A stretch of 64,000 nucleotides of DNA from Lingula anatina (Eukaryota; Animalia; Brachiopoda), in contig CM120642.1 of assembly GCA_051362555.1 (NCBI GenBank), positions 33,852,001 to 33,916,000 of the forward strand, given 5' to 3'. Below the pieces are notes generated by a model that made no database searches, was not told where the DNA came from, and was given only the letters and a program-made list of their open reading frames with translations. Below, piece after piece: positions 63,062 to 64,000 of the stretch. The position numbers and the translations under genes are program-made. The number at the start of each line of letters is the position of its first letter. Position 1 is the first letter of the stretch.

Positions 63062-64000
63062 AGTTCCACCACTTTCCTTGCCAAAGACACACCTGGTACG
63101 CTATTATATATATAAATTATATATTATATATTAAGTACGTGGATGATCGTGGTTTATATAATTAACAAGGACTAATACGCCTATGCAGATCTTCAATGCT
63201 ATGGTAAATGTAACCCGTGCTACTCATTTATTAATACATTGTGCATTTAAATGTTTTATAATGCTCACAACGTAATAAAAAGATGTACTATAATAATGTA
63301 ATGTAATATAAGCCTTATATGATATTGTATTATCTCTAGGTTGAATTTTGCATCTTTGTGTTGAAAGTTATCACCACTGGGCCACAAGCAACCGGCACTG
63401 AAGTCAATACTGTTAAAATGTTGGAAAGTTGACAAAAATCCTCATTTTGCTGTGTTCACACTGGGTTGTAAGACATACCAGAGAAGTAGATTGCTTCTAC
63501 ATGTATGGACATACTATATTTGCTGCGAATATGAGTCAGGGGTAGCTTAAATTCACACTTATAAGATATTCCATTGAGTAAGATAGCAAGATAATTTTTG
63601 CCCGAATCCCATCATTTTTATTTCAACGTACGCCAATTTTTGTGCGTTTTTATTTTTAAGCATATAAATGGCTATTTTCACCAAAATGACAAATAATTTG
63701 GAAAATATACGGAGCCAAATATGAAACAAGAAGTCTGGTGTCAAGATTATATTGTAGTTGCCGTAGGCCTGGTCCTGCCATTCACTGCCACTGTTACAGT
63801 TTCCAGTTACCGTTGTACAAAGAGTAAAACTAAAAGAGTATTCGCTGACGCTCGGTCCCAGACATAACGCGAAGGTTATGAACGCTTATACGGGTCTGGG
63901 GCGCTTATTAAAATGACGGCTTGTACGTGTATCATAGAAAGTTCTTTTTTAGTTATACCTTTTCCCATGCAGTTAATTTCAAGTTTAGAACTGATTGCTG

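Overview
AT-rich animal genomic DNA with GT-AG introns. The gene and repeat content suggests a marine invertebrate, possibly a lophotrochozoan (inference). In order, the window contains: (1) the 3' part of a Dachsous giant protocadherin gene (+, 18 coding exons visible, 501-18198, poly(A) signal near 19760); (2) a tiny spliced gene encoding what looks like a stand-alone dynein microtubule-binding domain without a motor (+, about 20.7-22.7 kb), which is the most interesting item; (3) a small spliced, probably polyadenylated transcript at about 24.8-26 kb; (4) a PAN/apple + fibrinogen-related (FReD) gene (-, 34532-39063) with a 25-nt micro-exon, whose last intron holds a Helentron-like element and an orphan half-exon of a paralog; (5) a U6 snRNA gene with its Pol III promoter (-); (6) a young full-length Mag-type Gypsy LTR retrotransposon with apparently identical LTRs and a MITE inserted in its protease; (7) an MGAT4-family GlcNAc-transferase gene (-) that seems to lack the C-terminal lectin domain. 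Many MITEs, LINE fragments and minisatellites lie between these. All calls were made by reading the sequence; no database searches were run.
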